Of a stretch of 64,000 bases of DNA, positions 43,871-56,419 are shown piece by piece. The notes under the pieces were generated by a model that was not told the DNA's origin, searched no databases, and saw nothing but the letters and a program-made list of their open reading frames with translations. The translations under genes were made by a program, and so were the position numbers. The stretch's first letter is position 1. Each line of letters begins with the position of its first letter. This DNA is from Babesia bigemina (taxonomy: Eukaryota), in assembly GCF_000981445.1 (NCBI RefSeq), contig NC_027217.1:186001-250000 (forward strand). Direction: 5' to 3'.

Positions 43871-45706
43871 GTAGGGATTTCGGGTGCTGTAAAAGCGGAC
43901 CAATGACAGTGAGTTGCCCGGCGTCCCTGTGAATGGTAATACAAATTGCCATGGAATCATTCTAATTTTTCAATGTAGTTATCGTCAATAGAAACGTGCG
44001 CCCGTTATGCACAATATTGATGTTGTCAAATGAAGGCAAACACGGTTATGACCTCTTCAATATGACCCCTGACACAATTAGGCGGGTTTTGTTTCAGCGT
44101 CACACCTTCATCTTCGTATTGCCAATAGGAGTGGTGTAGACGTCGGATATTTTAAAATGTTGTACATACGTTAAAGCCTCCTCAGACGGAAGAGCTATTA
44201 GCGCCGCCTTGGCGAAAATCTGTCACCCAAATGCAGTGCATTATTGATGGCCAGGCGTGTTAACGCCTGTACTGAAGATAACTTGAGAATTCAATTTCTT
44301 ATCGTAGTCACATTAAAGAGCAGACCTCATACTGCGCTGTCACACACGCGAACAATGTGCTCTGTATTGTGTTACATTGCTCAGTTGTATTTATTGCGAA
44401 TCCTTTTCTCCACGCCCTATAAGGTTACAGTGGGCGTAAGTTTCAGCATCAATAGTTTGACATCAAATATGTCCGGCAATCAACGCCATCAGCGTGCAGG
44501 GAGTTCGATTCTAGCATGAGAGATCATCGACCCATGTCATTCGTAGCATCTACAGACTCTAGATCAAGAGGACATGGTAAATGTCACGGTAGCGCCTGTT
44601 CAACAGTTGACAGACACAACGATAAAATGTAGAGCACTTGATAAAATACAGCCTAGAAATAGTTATGTCGAAAATGAGGGATGAGTTACGACTGACGATG
44701 CGATATTCGTTGGTCAGAATCGCTTCAGGCTCTGAAGCAGCCATAATGCCGAAGCATTTGTCGAGAAACCATCTCCACGAGTCAAACTGTCGAAGGTAAG
44801 ACTTAAAGTGATGCTAGATGTCTAAACATGGAAAATAGTGATATATTGGTGAATCCATTGGCTGCTTGCTCTAACGAAGAGGTTAGTATCTCGAATGAAA
44901 ACAGTATTTCGAGGAGCGTGAAGCCGAACGTTTCAAATGTGCCAAAGGCTGAAGGACGCCCATTTGCTCAGCGCTTCACAAGATGTTCGACCGGAATCAC
45001 CCGTCTCATTGCAGGCGGTTGCAACAGGGAAAACCATTCGGTGAAGCGAGGCGTTGTCACTTGGATAACAAATCAGTAAAAGATTTGGGTTCACGTATTA
45101 CCGACGAGCAGACGGATTAAATGCTGATTATTGCGCTATATAATGATAACGTGGCAGTTCGTCTACAATGACGCCTCGCAAATGATTGCGGGTATCGACA
45201 ATCATAATGAGTTCCTATGGCCGGCCTACGGAAGGAGCACTTCGCTTCATCCTATCCATAGCCATCCGTCAGCCTAATATCGTCACGCCGCTATGTTTTC
45301 ATATTAACCATATTTATCATACGAATACCGCTATCGATCTTAATACGGTAGTTTTTATCTTCTCGCGTGACGCTGAGCACTGAGCAACGAGGAGCTCAAT
45401 ACCTTTAGTTTCTGACACAACGTAACGTGATACCATATATTTTTGTGAAATGAATAACTCGGTTACACGTCAGAGGCACCTGACTGTACGGTAAATCCAC
45501 AGTTACCCAATGTGTAATGCATCGTCGACACCGGCTTTCGTGAAGCATTTCTAATTATGCGCAAGGTTACATGGCAAATACCCACACAAAATACACACTT
45601 CCATATATCGTTCTGTACTTATATGGTTCGGTGACTGATGTATCGCATTCCCCAATTGCCGCCGCCTTCCAGGTAGGTTGTTCATCGCCGTTCAGGGTTG
45701 GTTAAA

Positions 45707-46030
45707 ATGGCAGACGATAAGGCTGCCTTAGCGGAGGATACAAACCCGTGCAAATGTATCTTCAATATTAGATGCATCAGCAAGAACTGTGACGAATGCG
45801 ATAAAGGTTTCAGCTGTCCGTGCCGATGTTGTCAAAATAATTTTACGAGAGGTCTACTGATCCTTCTTGCATTAGGTGGAGGCTTGGCGTGTATTCTGCT
45901 ACTCCTAATGGCCATATGCCACATGATCGGCAGCCGGACATGGCCTTTCCACAAAATCCACGACCTCATCTATGGTCTTCCAGACATTTACGACCCCTAC
46001 GTGCGCGATCCGCCTAAGGGCACGTATTAG
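45707..46030 (+). CDS. Small Cys-rich single-TM protein (107 aa) with a WPFHKI tail
   Basis: CKC...C...CDEC...CPCRCC, a long hydrophobic segment and tail RTWPFHKIH. Confidence 0.7.
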   Translation: MADDKAALAEDTNPCKCIFNIRCISKNCDECDKGFSCPCRCCQNNFTRGLLILLALGGGLACILLLLMAICHMIGSRTWPFHKIHDLIYGLPDIYDPYVRDPPKGTY

Positions 46031-46585
46031 TCGGACCACTGCACTCAGTACTTTCATATCGCAACAGCCATCATTGTAATGTAGTAAAATTTATCCCCAT
46101 CGTGTTTCCACATCGCGGCTCTGGAGATACTGAACGTTGTGGCTTCCAACATACCCAAACATTCTCTGCAACAACCGCCAGCGGCATTGAACTGTCAACA
46201 AAACACATCTGTATCCATGTAACTGCGTATTGAAAGGGCATCAGATTGGTCTAAGCAAAGACATTGTCGCGAAACGGCTGACACTTTGCAAGGCAGTATT
46301 CCGGCAGGGGGTGCATAATACCACATCTACGAAAACAACCGACCACATCATCAGGCGTGTTAAGCGCGAACGAACTACACATCATCGGGTTACTGCACTA
46401 CCGTGACCCATTCGGCCACCCAATCCGTTTCGACAACTTCACGATGGAGCGAGGATCACAACTGAGCGGCCCACCCATGTTGCAAACCGTACGACCACCT
46501 GGCATATACATTTACACCCACGATAAAGAAAAGCTCACTGACGCATTTAGCGCGTTTCTAAGTATTACTCCGAAAGTGTTGAAGT

Positions 46586-47221
46586 TCAGAACTTCAGCTT
46601 GTGCGGGTACATGCCGCTGCGGAGCGTGAACCTGGTCTTGAGGTACTGGCAGAGAATCGGCGAGTTTTTAAGGAAGGGTGCGAGCACGCCATCAACCTTG
46701 TCTTGCTTGTCCTTGATCTTCTGCTTGGTTTCCTCGGCGACCTTTTCGGCGTCGGCGTTGTCGACGAACATGGCGCCCTTGTTGCGCTTCTTGCGTTCCT
46801 TGAATTCCGCCATCCTGGTTTCCTTGGTCTTTCCGAAGGACTCGTCGGTGAGGGAAGCAACGGCCTCCTCAACGGCGGCCTGGCAACGCGAGCCTCCGAC
46901 CTCTTCCATTTCGAAAATGTTGGTGGAGGTGGCGATCACGTAGCGCGGGTTGACCCTTCTGAGCGGCACACCGTTGAAAAGGAAGGGTCCGGTGACCAAG
47001 AGGAGGCCGCTCTCCTTGAATACCTTGAGGAGGATGACGCGCTTGCCCTTGTAGCTGCCGCTGAGGAGGATGAGGATGGCTCCGGGCTTGAGGGTGGGCC
47101 TGATCTTAGGCAGGCTGGCGAACTCGCGTCCGACGGTCTTCATTTCACCATCGGCGGTGAGCACCCTCTTACGGCGATTGAGGCGGATCTGCGGCCTCTG
47201 GGTCTTGGGTTGGTGCGTCAT
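46586..47221 (-). CDS. RPL6: 60S ribosomal protein L6 (eL6)
   Basis: PGAILILLSGSYKGKRVILLK, GLLLVTGPF..NGVPLRRVNPRYVIATST and YLKTRFTLRSGMYPHKLKF. First in-frame ATG is 47221; an upstream exon cannot be excluded. Confidence 0.93.
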   Translation of the reverse strand: MTHQPKTQRPQIRLNRRKRVLTADGEMKTVGREFASLPKIRPTLKPGAILILLSGSYKGKRVILLKVFKESGLLLVTGPFLFNGVPLRRVNPRYVIATSTNIFEMEEVGGSRCQAAVEEAVASLTDESFGKTKETRMAEFKERKKRNKGAMFVDNADAEKVAEETKQKIKDKQDKVDGVLAPFLKNSPILCQYLKTRFTLRSGMYPHKLKF

Positions 47222-48397
47222 CTTGACGGGCGGCTGGATTCCTACAAGGCTATGAGCGGTATTCAGAGATGCAAACACTGTGAAGTCGGTCTACCGACTT
47301 GTTACGTGACCGCTGCGCTAATCAAATGGCAGTACCGCGGCGCTCCGGCGTGAGGTTTCGCACGGCCGTTGTGCGGCATGGCCTCGCCTACCACATTCGG
47401 CTCCTGTGTACCGTACACTGGGCTCAATCCATGCGCCAACAGCCGGAAGTAATACACAGTAGCGAATCGGCCGTCACGAGCCAGCCGATTAGCCGCGGTA
47501 TGCCGTTGAGCGCGTGTCGGAATCCTGTGATCCACCCACCTTACGATATATCTGAGGAACGACGGTATTTCGTGCTCCCACGGTGCCGCTCGGAGTTAAT
47601 CCAAACGCGGATAATGTTCTATGGACGTGCCCTGTGTGATTGCTGTGTGGTTTCGCGTTTTCTGCGGTCCTGTGTAGTCGATGCCCCATTCGGGCGTCGC
47701 GTGCCCCGGAGGCCGGGCGCAACGGCAGATGGCCAGCGCAGCAGCCGTATGCGCCGGATATAATATTCGAAATGTCGAGTGTTACAATTGGCGTGCCATA
47801 GTCATTTGAGAGCCGTGGACATCTAGGTGTGGCGGATATTTGTGGCCTACCAACCCGGCACACTGTTTTGCCTCGACATTAGCGACACAAATTCCGAGCT
47901 GGCATATCGCCACATTTGTATAATAGCGGTGTTATTGACATATAGTGTGCTCGCCGCCTGAATCACTTAACGAGGTGAGCTCTTCTCGGCGCCCATGTCT
48001 AGCGGCGTCCACTTTATAGGAACACGTACTGAGCACCCGTCGTCGTTCAACCTATTTGGCATCGCGTGCTTGTACAAATAGGCTATTCTCCCGGTGCGAC
48101 AGCGCAACCGGTGAGGTGTGCCACTCACACCCCGTTTCCGCAATTGCGAACCAAAACCGTTGCAGACACGTTCCTATGCGAATCGCATTGGTATTTTAGA
48201 CACTCGTTTCAGTTTTAACGCACGTCCGGTTATGCCCGCAAGTCGTGATATTTGTGTGGCACTCGCCGCTTCTCGGCGAGGTCGGTTTGGCCCCCCTGCG
48301 CTCACTCCACATTAAACCGCTCATTGGTTTGGCATTTCAGGTGACACACAGCTACTTAGCGCCTACGGCACCAGTCAGACAAGCTATTCTTGCGAAA

Positions 48398-49531
48398 ATG
48401 GTAGGTTGTGCGTCAGCGGCTGCCGCCTTGACGTCGCTCACACACCTGCAGAAAGTGATCGGCGTTGACTTCAACGATCTCGGTACGAAGAATGTCCTCG
48501 CTGCCGCCCAATTTTTGGGTGTGGCCTACGACTTCCAGCTGTCCAAGGGCTCCTGCTGCAGCTCTGAGGGCAAGAAGGACGAGTTCAGCGAGGTGAAGCC
48601 CTGCGTGAGCGTTGAGCTCTGCGGCGGCCTGGGCGCTTTCTGCGGCTCCATCTCCATCTGCCGCCACATGATGGAGCAGAAGAAGAAGGGTGACTCCCCC
48701 GCTGAGTTGTTCGCACGCAGCGACGCCACCTCGTGGATGGAGTTCTTCTACGACCGCTTCGACGTCGGCAGCCGCTGCCAGGCCGTTACTCAGGTCGATG
48801 CCTCCAGCACGTCTGAGCTCGCCAAGTGCCTGAGGGCCACTGACGCGTTCCTTCTTAGCCGCACCTTCTTGGTTGGCGAGAGCCTTTCCGTCGCTGACAT
48901 TGTCTGCGCCGTGACTGTGAAGCACCTGGTGTCCATCGGCAAGCTTGAGGCTGGCTACTTGAGGACTGGTCTTCGTAACTTGTCTCGTCTGATCCGCACT
49001 GTCGAGGCCAGCGACGCCTTCGTGAACTACGAGAAGAAGCTCGCGTCCCTCCAGAGCGGCAGCGCCTCCGAGAGCTCGTTCGTGTTGGACACGTGGAAGA
49101 AGACGTACAGCAACTGCAAGGGTGACCTCGAGAAGGAGGTGATGCCGTGGCTGTGGAGCAACCACGACGCCGAGAACTGGAGCTTCTACTTCATGAAGTA
49201 CAACAAGCTCGACGACGAGTGCCAGTCCGACATCACCACCTCCAACATGCTTAGCGGCTTCTTGCAGCGTTTCGAGCCTGACTTCCGCCGCATCTCCTTC
49301 GGTGTCATCAACGTGATGGGCTCTGGCAACTGCTACGACATTATGGGTGTCTGGCTCATCAAGGGCACTGAGCTCCCTCCCAGCGTGACCGAGCACCCGT
49401 CGTTCGAGTTCCAGACCTTCACCAAGCTCGACGTGAACAACGAGGCCCACCGCAGGATGATCACCGACTACTTCTGCGCCGAGGACTCCATCAACGGTGT
49501 GGCCATTGCCGACGCCAAGGTCTGGAAGTGA
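48398..49531 (+). CDS. EEF1G: Elongation factor 1-gamma (eEF1B gamma)
   Basis: ATG followed by a probable in-frame intron 48401-48451. GST-C-like region (RTFLVGESLSVADI) and EF1G domain (FVLDTWKKTYSN...NMLSGFLQR...IMGVWL...AKVWK). Confidence 0.93.
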   Translation: MVGCASAAAALTSLTHLQKVIGVDFNDLGTKNVLAAAQFLGVAYDFQLSKGSCCSSEGKKDEFSEVKPCVSVELCGGLGAFCGSISICRHMMEQKKKGDSPAELFARSDATSWMEFFYDRFDVGSRCQAVTQVDASSTSELAKCLRATDAFLLSRTFLVGESLSVADIVCAVTVKHLVSIGKLEAGYLRTGLRNLSRLIRTVEASDAFVNYEKKLASLQSGSASESSFVLDTWKKTYSNCKGDLEKEVMPWLWSNHDAENWSFYFMKYNKLDDECQSDITTSNMLSGFLQRFEPDFRRISFGVINVMGSGNCYDIMGVWLIKGTELPPSVTEHPSFEFQTFTKLDVNNEAHRRMITDYFCAEDSINGVAIADAKVWK

Positions 49532-49816
49532 GCCTTACCATCCCCAGATACATGCCCTAATATCACTTGCGCATCAAGGTACACGATTTCCCTGCGTATT
49601 ATCATAAGTATTAGCGTGGCAGCCACTCCGTGTGGCTCTAGAGCAATTGTGGCATGTGAGGTGTTTGGGCGATGTCGGATTCCGTGTTGTATGAAATGCA
49701 CGTGATTTCATACACAACATCTGTTTCAACGCTCAGACAGCATCTGGTACAACAGAAACATTGAAATACAACAATGTTGAGATTTCTACGACGCGCTGCT
49801 TTGGCGCGCCCAGGTG

Positions 49817-50778
49817 TCAATCGTCATCCACTTCAATAACGGTGTCGTCGCCGGAGAGGTCGATGACGACTGATGCATCTTTGAAACCAGTTTCAAGGGA
49901 ATAAACTTACCAGGACCGCCCACATCAACTGTTGTGCGATTAAAAGCGCCGCTCCCAACAAGCTCATCTTGGGCTCTCAGCGATAGCGACTGCAAAGCCC
50001 GCCGAGGTCGTGGCGGTACAGGTTCGGCGATCTTGTGAAACACGCCGCCGCAAAGCACCAGGTGATCCCTCCCTGCATACTATTGGCCCCTCATTAGCTG
50101 TTTTACGACATACACCACCTTTCCCTTGGTCCTGGAGGCACGTTTCGAGCTCGTCTCAGGTAGCCGAAATACGGCGGCTGCTGCCTACAGAGCCCCTGCA
50201 TGCTGTGAGTGATTTCGTATAACGGCCTCACCGAACACCTCCAGACATGCTTCCGGTGGTACTCCACTTCATCGTCGAACTCATGATAGACAGTGACGTT
50301 GAGCCCGGTGATCTCGTTCACCCTCTGCATGTGCCACAAGAACTCCTGAGCAATCTGGATACTTTATGCCGCATCTCCTACCTTGCCATGCGCTCTTACG
50401 TCTCGGTAATCTTTCGTGAGGTAGAGATGGGCATGGATCATCTCATGCAGCAACGTTTCCTGGACAGTCCATGGCAGTAATCCTAGAGACGCCTACCTTG
50501 CACTCCTTGGCTGAACGGTACTTAAGTAAGGGTTCGCTGAGCCTAATTTCGCAGTATTGCCCCCGCTTCAACCATATATACGCTCCGTCATTAGGGACTA
50601 CCTTAAATCGGCAATTGCCAGCGGTCAGAGTGAGCCTTTTGCTCCAGGACACGCATACTGCCTCGAGCGTCTGGTCGAAGCATACTTCGTTGAAATGGCG
50701 AAAAGTGTCGTCAAGATCGAATAGCTCGTAGTCCTCTACGTCATCTATAGCTTCGAGATCGATTACCTCGCAACACAT
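49817..50778 (-). CDS. SprT-like (SPRTN family) zinc metalloprotease, multi-exon
   Basis: WSKRLTLTAGNC, IRLSEPLLKYR, ETLLHEMIHAHL, VYHEFDDEV...HVWRCSGLC and CGGVFHK. Confidence 0.88.
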
Positions 50779-50958
50779 CGGCGTTTTTCTCTATCGCCGT
50801 TGCCGTTCCGCAGCGCGCTCCGCTGCGGGTGTGCGTGATATCGTGCGGCGTCCACCGCGACAAAGCCAGCGATTTTAGGGCGACAAGCGTTAACTGCGCG
50901 TATCTGGACTAGGCGCGCTGCACCTTTTCGCAGTATTGCCGCCACATACGGCTGAGCG

Positions 50959-51831
50959 ATGACGACGCGGCGCCGGAAGGTCGTTCGCAGCAGGCGATCC
51001 GCCGCCGTTACCGGCGATGCTGAGAGGCCTGAAGAGTCACGGAACATCACCTGTGGTGCGTTGTGTTGCCTTCCTGGCCAATATCACGTCCGTTAATGCA
51101 GATTGCTGCCTTCTGCCTATTAGGTTTGATTCCCGTGACGCCCAGGACTTCGGCCGCATAGAAACGTGCCCGCACACATTCCATTTCACTTGCATTAAGG
51201 TGAGATCATTATGGCATGCTCTGGCCGGATAGCTATTACAGAAATGGTCTGCTCTAGAGACGACATGCCCGCAGTGCAAGGCAGTCTTCAGTCGTATCGA
51301 GCGTGTTAAGGCAGCGACGGGCGAAGTCGTCGAAACGGTATTGCACTGCATCCGTGTATAAACGTGTACGCAGATCGAATGTGAGTCACTATTCCTGTGG
51401 GACCACTCCGACGCCGAGGGCGGCAGCGACACCGGCGGTTCCCCTGACGACGCTGAGAGGTCTCAGCAATCGTCATCCAGTGGCGCCCCCGAAGGCAAAA
51501 GCAAGACTCTGCGCCTACTCGCCCCAGACCAGCTGCAGGAGGCTCGCCAGCCTAAGAGTACGTTACAGTGGTATTTTACCGTAACGGTGAACGCAGAGCG
51601 TAAGAAACCAGTCAAGATCGAAGAGGTTGGCTCAATACGTTTTAGCGCGTCACTAATAATTTTTGGCAGGCTGTCGCTTTGACCGAGCGCCATCTGAAAC
51701 GCACGGCTATGAACGACGTATGCTACGCACCCCCGGCCGTGACGTACGAGGCCAAGCCAATCCCCGTGCTGCGTCGTGACAGCGAGTTCAAGCTGCAACC
51801 CGTGTACCAAGAAGACTTTATCGCTAAATAA
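50959..51831 (+). CDS. RING-H2 finger protein, multi-exon (3' end tentative)
   Basis: Spliced exons give CDCC...TCPHTFHFTCIKKWSALETTCPQCK. Confidence 0.75.
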
Positions 51832-51861
51832 AACCACACAAACATGTCCTGTTTTACAACC

Positions 51862-53590
51862 TTATATAAGTGTTATTTCACGTATGAAGTTGAGTGGCAG
51901 CGTGTGGCGCCGCCCTTCGACATCGAGCTCCAGTGCCAAAACACTGTGAGACCCACGCATGATCCCTCGGATTTGGCTTGCCTCCTTATCTGTGAACGTC
52001 ACAATGACCTCTTGTCCTATATGCGAGTTCCAGTCCCTGCGGCATATAAGCGTTTTGAGCTCCTCCGGTGCCATGCGCTTGGGGTCGAGTCGTGCCACCA
52101 GCATCAGCGAGTGGGTGGCGATAGATTGCGTGTGTTCCTCCTCGTCAAGCTGCTTAAGCCGTTTCTCTACACGCAACGTCTATTTTCGCCCAACGCGGCT
52201 TACCTAGTTTCAAGAGCATCAACTTGAGCTCGTTGGGGCTGATGAAGTCGCCCTCGTCTCTGGTCTGCTCGATGACAACCTTCACTACGCCCGCCAGCCA
52301 CGTGACATCGTACACCTCGAAACAGGTGTGGAACCTGATCCTTTCCGGCGGCCAGCTGTATGTGACGCAGTCGCTGCGTTTGTTTGCAATACGTGCTGGT
52401 GGACCTACCGTATGCACTCCTCCACGCGCAGCCTCCACGGAGCATCCAAAGGGTCGTCCCAGTTCAAGAGATCCCCGGCGATAGGACTGTCCTTGGGTGT
52501 GTACGTGTAGCTGTCTTCCATGTACCGGAACTCCGCAGGGTGCATTTTGTCGCCGGCGCGGCCGAGCGCCCGTCGGTAATTGAGCACCATTGCGAACTTT
52601 TCGTCATCATCACAGAGCTGGTACCTGTTGGCGTAGTAGGCCTCCCGCATGTCCAGCGGCATCGCCGCGAACTCCTCGTAGGTTAGTGACCACTCTGACA
52701 CCTCATGCAACCGTTAGACTTTTGGGGACAGTACCGTCGGCGTAACTCCGTCTCAACCACCGTCGCTGCTCAGTGCGAGCCTCTCCCAAAGTGGTGATGT
52801 CATTCCTCAACATGGGCTTGCCGACCAGATGCCTTTCTAGCCTGTTGGTTGTGTCGAATCCATTGAAAAGCGACGTGTTCACTGCCAGTTTGTCCTCTTT
52901 GAGCTGTTCATAACTGGGCCAAGGTGCGATTCCCGGTCTGACGGCGTCGTACTCTGCGATGTCCGTCCTCATCCGCTCCCCGTGGTGCTGTGTCCCGGCC
53001 ACGTAAATGTAGTCCCGGTAGTCCTTGCCAATCATTCGGTCAAATTCTGCGCCAGCATGTGCATACGGCTGAAATATCCATTACTTGCGATAGGAGCATC
53101 GTCCAACGGTTCCGCTTCCTCCCCCTCCCTGCACCTTTAGAGACGGTTGTATCGCCGCCTACCTCCTCATCTCGGCGTTTTTCATGTACGACTTCTGCGT
53201 CTCCGAGGCCACACATAACTCCTCAAGATCGCCCTCCGCATTCGCTTCCTTCAGCCCGGAGGCGTCAAAGAAGAGGTTTCTCGGCGCGTCGTAGTATGGG
53301 TACCTACAACGTGTTAGGTCGATGTCAAGACGCAATCGGTGACTTCGGCATCCGGCAACTTACGGCGGGTATTTGGCGGTATAGTACTCAATCTGCGGAG
53401 CGGAGTCTAGCGGATCCGCCATGATGTCATATTCCTGCGATGAATTGCGCAACAGGAGCTGCCTCGTGGTCTGCGCCGCGGCTCCGCATAGGAAGGCGTG
53501 CTTCGAGCCACGGGCGGCCGCAGCGGCATGTCCACAACATCGCGAGCTGTATGCTATAGCCGCTAGACATAACGCCGTCGAGCATCGCAT
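51862..53590 (-). CDS. Probable apicoplast-targeted protein with a C-terminal RimP-like domain, multi-exon
   Basis: Signal-peptide-like MRCSTALCLAAIAY followed by a basic segment. The C-terminus FEVYDVTW...VKVVIE...DWNSHIGQEVIV...IRGIM...LPLNFIREITL resembles RimP N-terminal plus Sm-like domains. Confidence 0.55.
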
Positions 53591-53876
53591 CACGGCACGG
53601 GTGTGTTGAGTCCGCCTCGCTGCGATGTGTAGCTGGATTCCACAGCGGTAAGCCGCCGTAGTGCGATGAGTCACATATTAATGCCGCTCTAGCACAAAAT
53701 ATTTACATAATCACATGTTTCATGGCGCGGAATCCGACCTTCCATCATAGATGGGGACCTCTGCAACGGTCGCCCATATCGAGCGCTCCCATCTCGCACA
53801 TTAACCAGCTGCTTATGCAATCGAAGACACGCACGGTTACTGCTAACAATAATCACCTATGTCGAGTTGAAGCTTC

Positions 53877-55111
53877 CTAAATCGCCGAGAGCTGCTCGAA
53901 GTCGCCATGGTTATGGGTGTTCCACCTTGGAGGAACCGTGGTCGGCAGCAGCCAGTCGTCGTCCTGGGCTCCGCTCAGCTCGTATATCCTCGCAGTTAGC
54001 TGCCGTATGTCATCACGCATCTCCTGGTAGCTTTCGTATGCCTGGTTCGTCTTCTCTAATGTGTATATGGCCGCCTTGTACGTCTTGTTCCTGCGTACAT
54101 GCGTGAGCCGCAGCCACTTGGCAGGGGAATTTCTGCGGAATGTCGCGTCGTATATGACGCGTGCGATGGTCGCAATGTGATCGCGGAACTTGATAAAATC
54201 TCTGCATGCGTATATGCTTTCTGGGTTTGGCGGCACCTACCCCGGTTCGACAAATATAATGGCTTTAGGCCTGCTTTCGGAGACTTTTCCGAGCGCGGTG
54301 GAGAAACTGTCGAACATTTCGACAACGGCAGGCGATATTCTCGGGTTTTCATCCCAGTTCAGGGTGGACACGCTGCCAGTAAGCCTAAGATTACGATGTT
54401 TCCGCGACTGCCACGATCTTACCTGCACGTTATGTAGTCTAGCGTGCTCTTCGCCAGCACCAAGGTTACAGACCCCGCGGTTAACCTCGGCGTATACCTG
54501 TCTGCCGGGATGATAACCTCAGCGTTGCACGAGCCGTCGGAGTTGAAGTAGTTGATGCTGGTTGCACGAAGGAACTCGACATTGTCAGCGAGGTCCGATG
54601 CTTCTTCGCTTTCATGAGTGCGAGCTCGCAGATTGATCGCCTCTAGAATGCTGTCTCCACTGAACTCTACCCCAGTGTACGACCCAAAGTTTTTGAATGC
54701 TCGTTGCAGGTCCCAGATCAGGGGGTGTTTTCCGTGCCCGACCTCCATTATGAAGTCACGACTGTCGACCAAGGGCGGCGAGCGTATCCGCCTGATGGCG
54801 CTATATATCATGGAGACAGCTTCCTTTGCGTTGACTCCTGAGAACGGTTCATCGGACTGCCTTCGATCGCTGTAGAACATATCCCAGGCCTTAGCCTCGT
54901 CTTCCACTCGGAACGAATCCAGATCGCTGCCATCATCGTCGTCATATTCCACCGGCTCTACTATCACTGGTCGCTTCCGCTTGCGCAGCGAGTAGGAGCA
55001 GTTCTGCCATGTACATGAGCGGTTGTTTCACGAATCAGCCACGATGCCATGGCGCTACACATAAGCTGCAATTAAACGTACATTGGTGATAGCAGCTTCA
55101 TTGTCATCCAT
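53877..55111 (-). CDS. Class I SAM-dependent methyltransferase (EEF1AKMT4/METTL13-like), multi-exon
   Basis: WDMFY, motif I IMEVGHGKHPL, GVEFS and LVLAKSTLDYITC (DKGTLD-like). Confidence 0.7.
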
Positions 55112-55471
55112 CGGGTCTCCGCTCCGCCGTTTTGGCTGATAGAAGTGGCTGAGAATCCTTGTCGTCCAACGAGTGGAATCTCGTTCCCCCTTTAGACACC
55201 AACGCGTCCAGAAATGGCCCCGTCTCAGCGGCAATATGTTGCCCAACACGGCGACGTTTGCCACGCCTCCACGCCTGCGACGGGTTGCATTCCCGCCGTA
55301 GCCAGTCAGCGCGGGTGGCGCCTCACTAGGCGCTCGGTGAGGACCCAAAGAGCAACGGAAAGGCGCACATAAAATTCAAAATACAAAAGCTACCACAGGT
55401 ACTAATTTTAGGGTTTTATAATGGCAAACTTTGGCCATGAAAGTTCGGGAAGGAGTTTGCGCAATGGCTTG

Positions 55472-56151
55472 CTAGCCTTCGTTGGACAGCGCACCGAGCT
55501 GTTCCAGGCGGTCTTCCAATTCTTGCTTTAGTTTTTCGTCGTCAGCTTCTGCAGGCATTGTTTAGCAAGCTTCCATCGGTATCGGTGCTTACCGTTCGGG
55601 CCTTGGCCGTCGTTTTCGACGTTGCTGGTGGTATCTCCCAGGATCTCGCTGGTCTCCTTTACGCCGTCGTTGTAGTAGGTTCCATTTGAGTCTTCGGACG
55701 GTGGCTGCGTTTGGCATGAGCAGGTATTATTGCCCAACTACCTCTACAGTAAGCTCCCCTGGAGGGAGTTCGCCCGTCTCCTGCAGCCTTTCACGCTCGG
55801 CTGCAATTTCCGATTCCGGCAGAGGCTCTGCGACACTGTTTGAGTGCACACCACTCGCCAAATACCTCTGATGAGCTGCTCCACCTCTCCGATGTTGTCG
55901 ACGTCTTCATGCTGGCTGTCCTCGACGACGGTCATGGCGTTCTCCTCGTTGGTAGGCAGCCTAGGCTGCGTGCCCGGCTCAGGTTGCGATGGAATTGGGA
56001 AGACGAATACGTCGTACGAGGGTACCATGGCCGCGTGCTGCTCTGCGGCCGGCTTCGGCGACCGGTGATGTGTAAGTGCCGCTGCCATGAGCAGCGCTGT
56101 CTGGGCGCAGAGCACCCATCTGAAGAGTGTCAGAGCCACGAACATGGCCAT
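55472..56151 (-). CDS. Hypothetical secreted acidic protein, 4 exons
   Basis: Hydrophobic N-terminus MAMFVALTLFRWVLCAQTALLMAAA. Three short GT-AG introns give a continuous acidic frame ending LSNEG TAG. Confidence 0.6.
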
Positions 56152-56353
56152 AGTATGCTGTGTGTAAGGTTTGTTGTGTTATTGTCGGCATCAGGCAAAC
56201 GACATCACCGGCAACACCATCATCCCGGCGCTGCAAGGCCACACACACACGCCGATGACTCCCGCGCGTCCCTACACATCTCGTTGTAAGCGTAATACCA
56301 ACCCTAGAATGGGAAAGAGGCAGATGTATATAAGGCACAGTAGGTCACACATA

Positions 56354-56378
56354 AGCCACCTACGGGGATCGAACCCGT

Positions 56379-56419
<41 letters not shown>

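Noticed and set aside
44559..45383. Short ORFs between the ves-like gene and the small TM gene
   Set aside because: Under 90 aa, with no motifs, paralogues or splice support.
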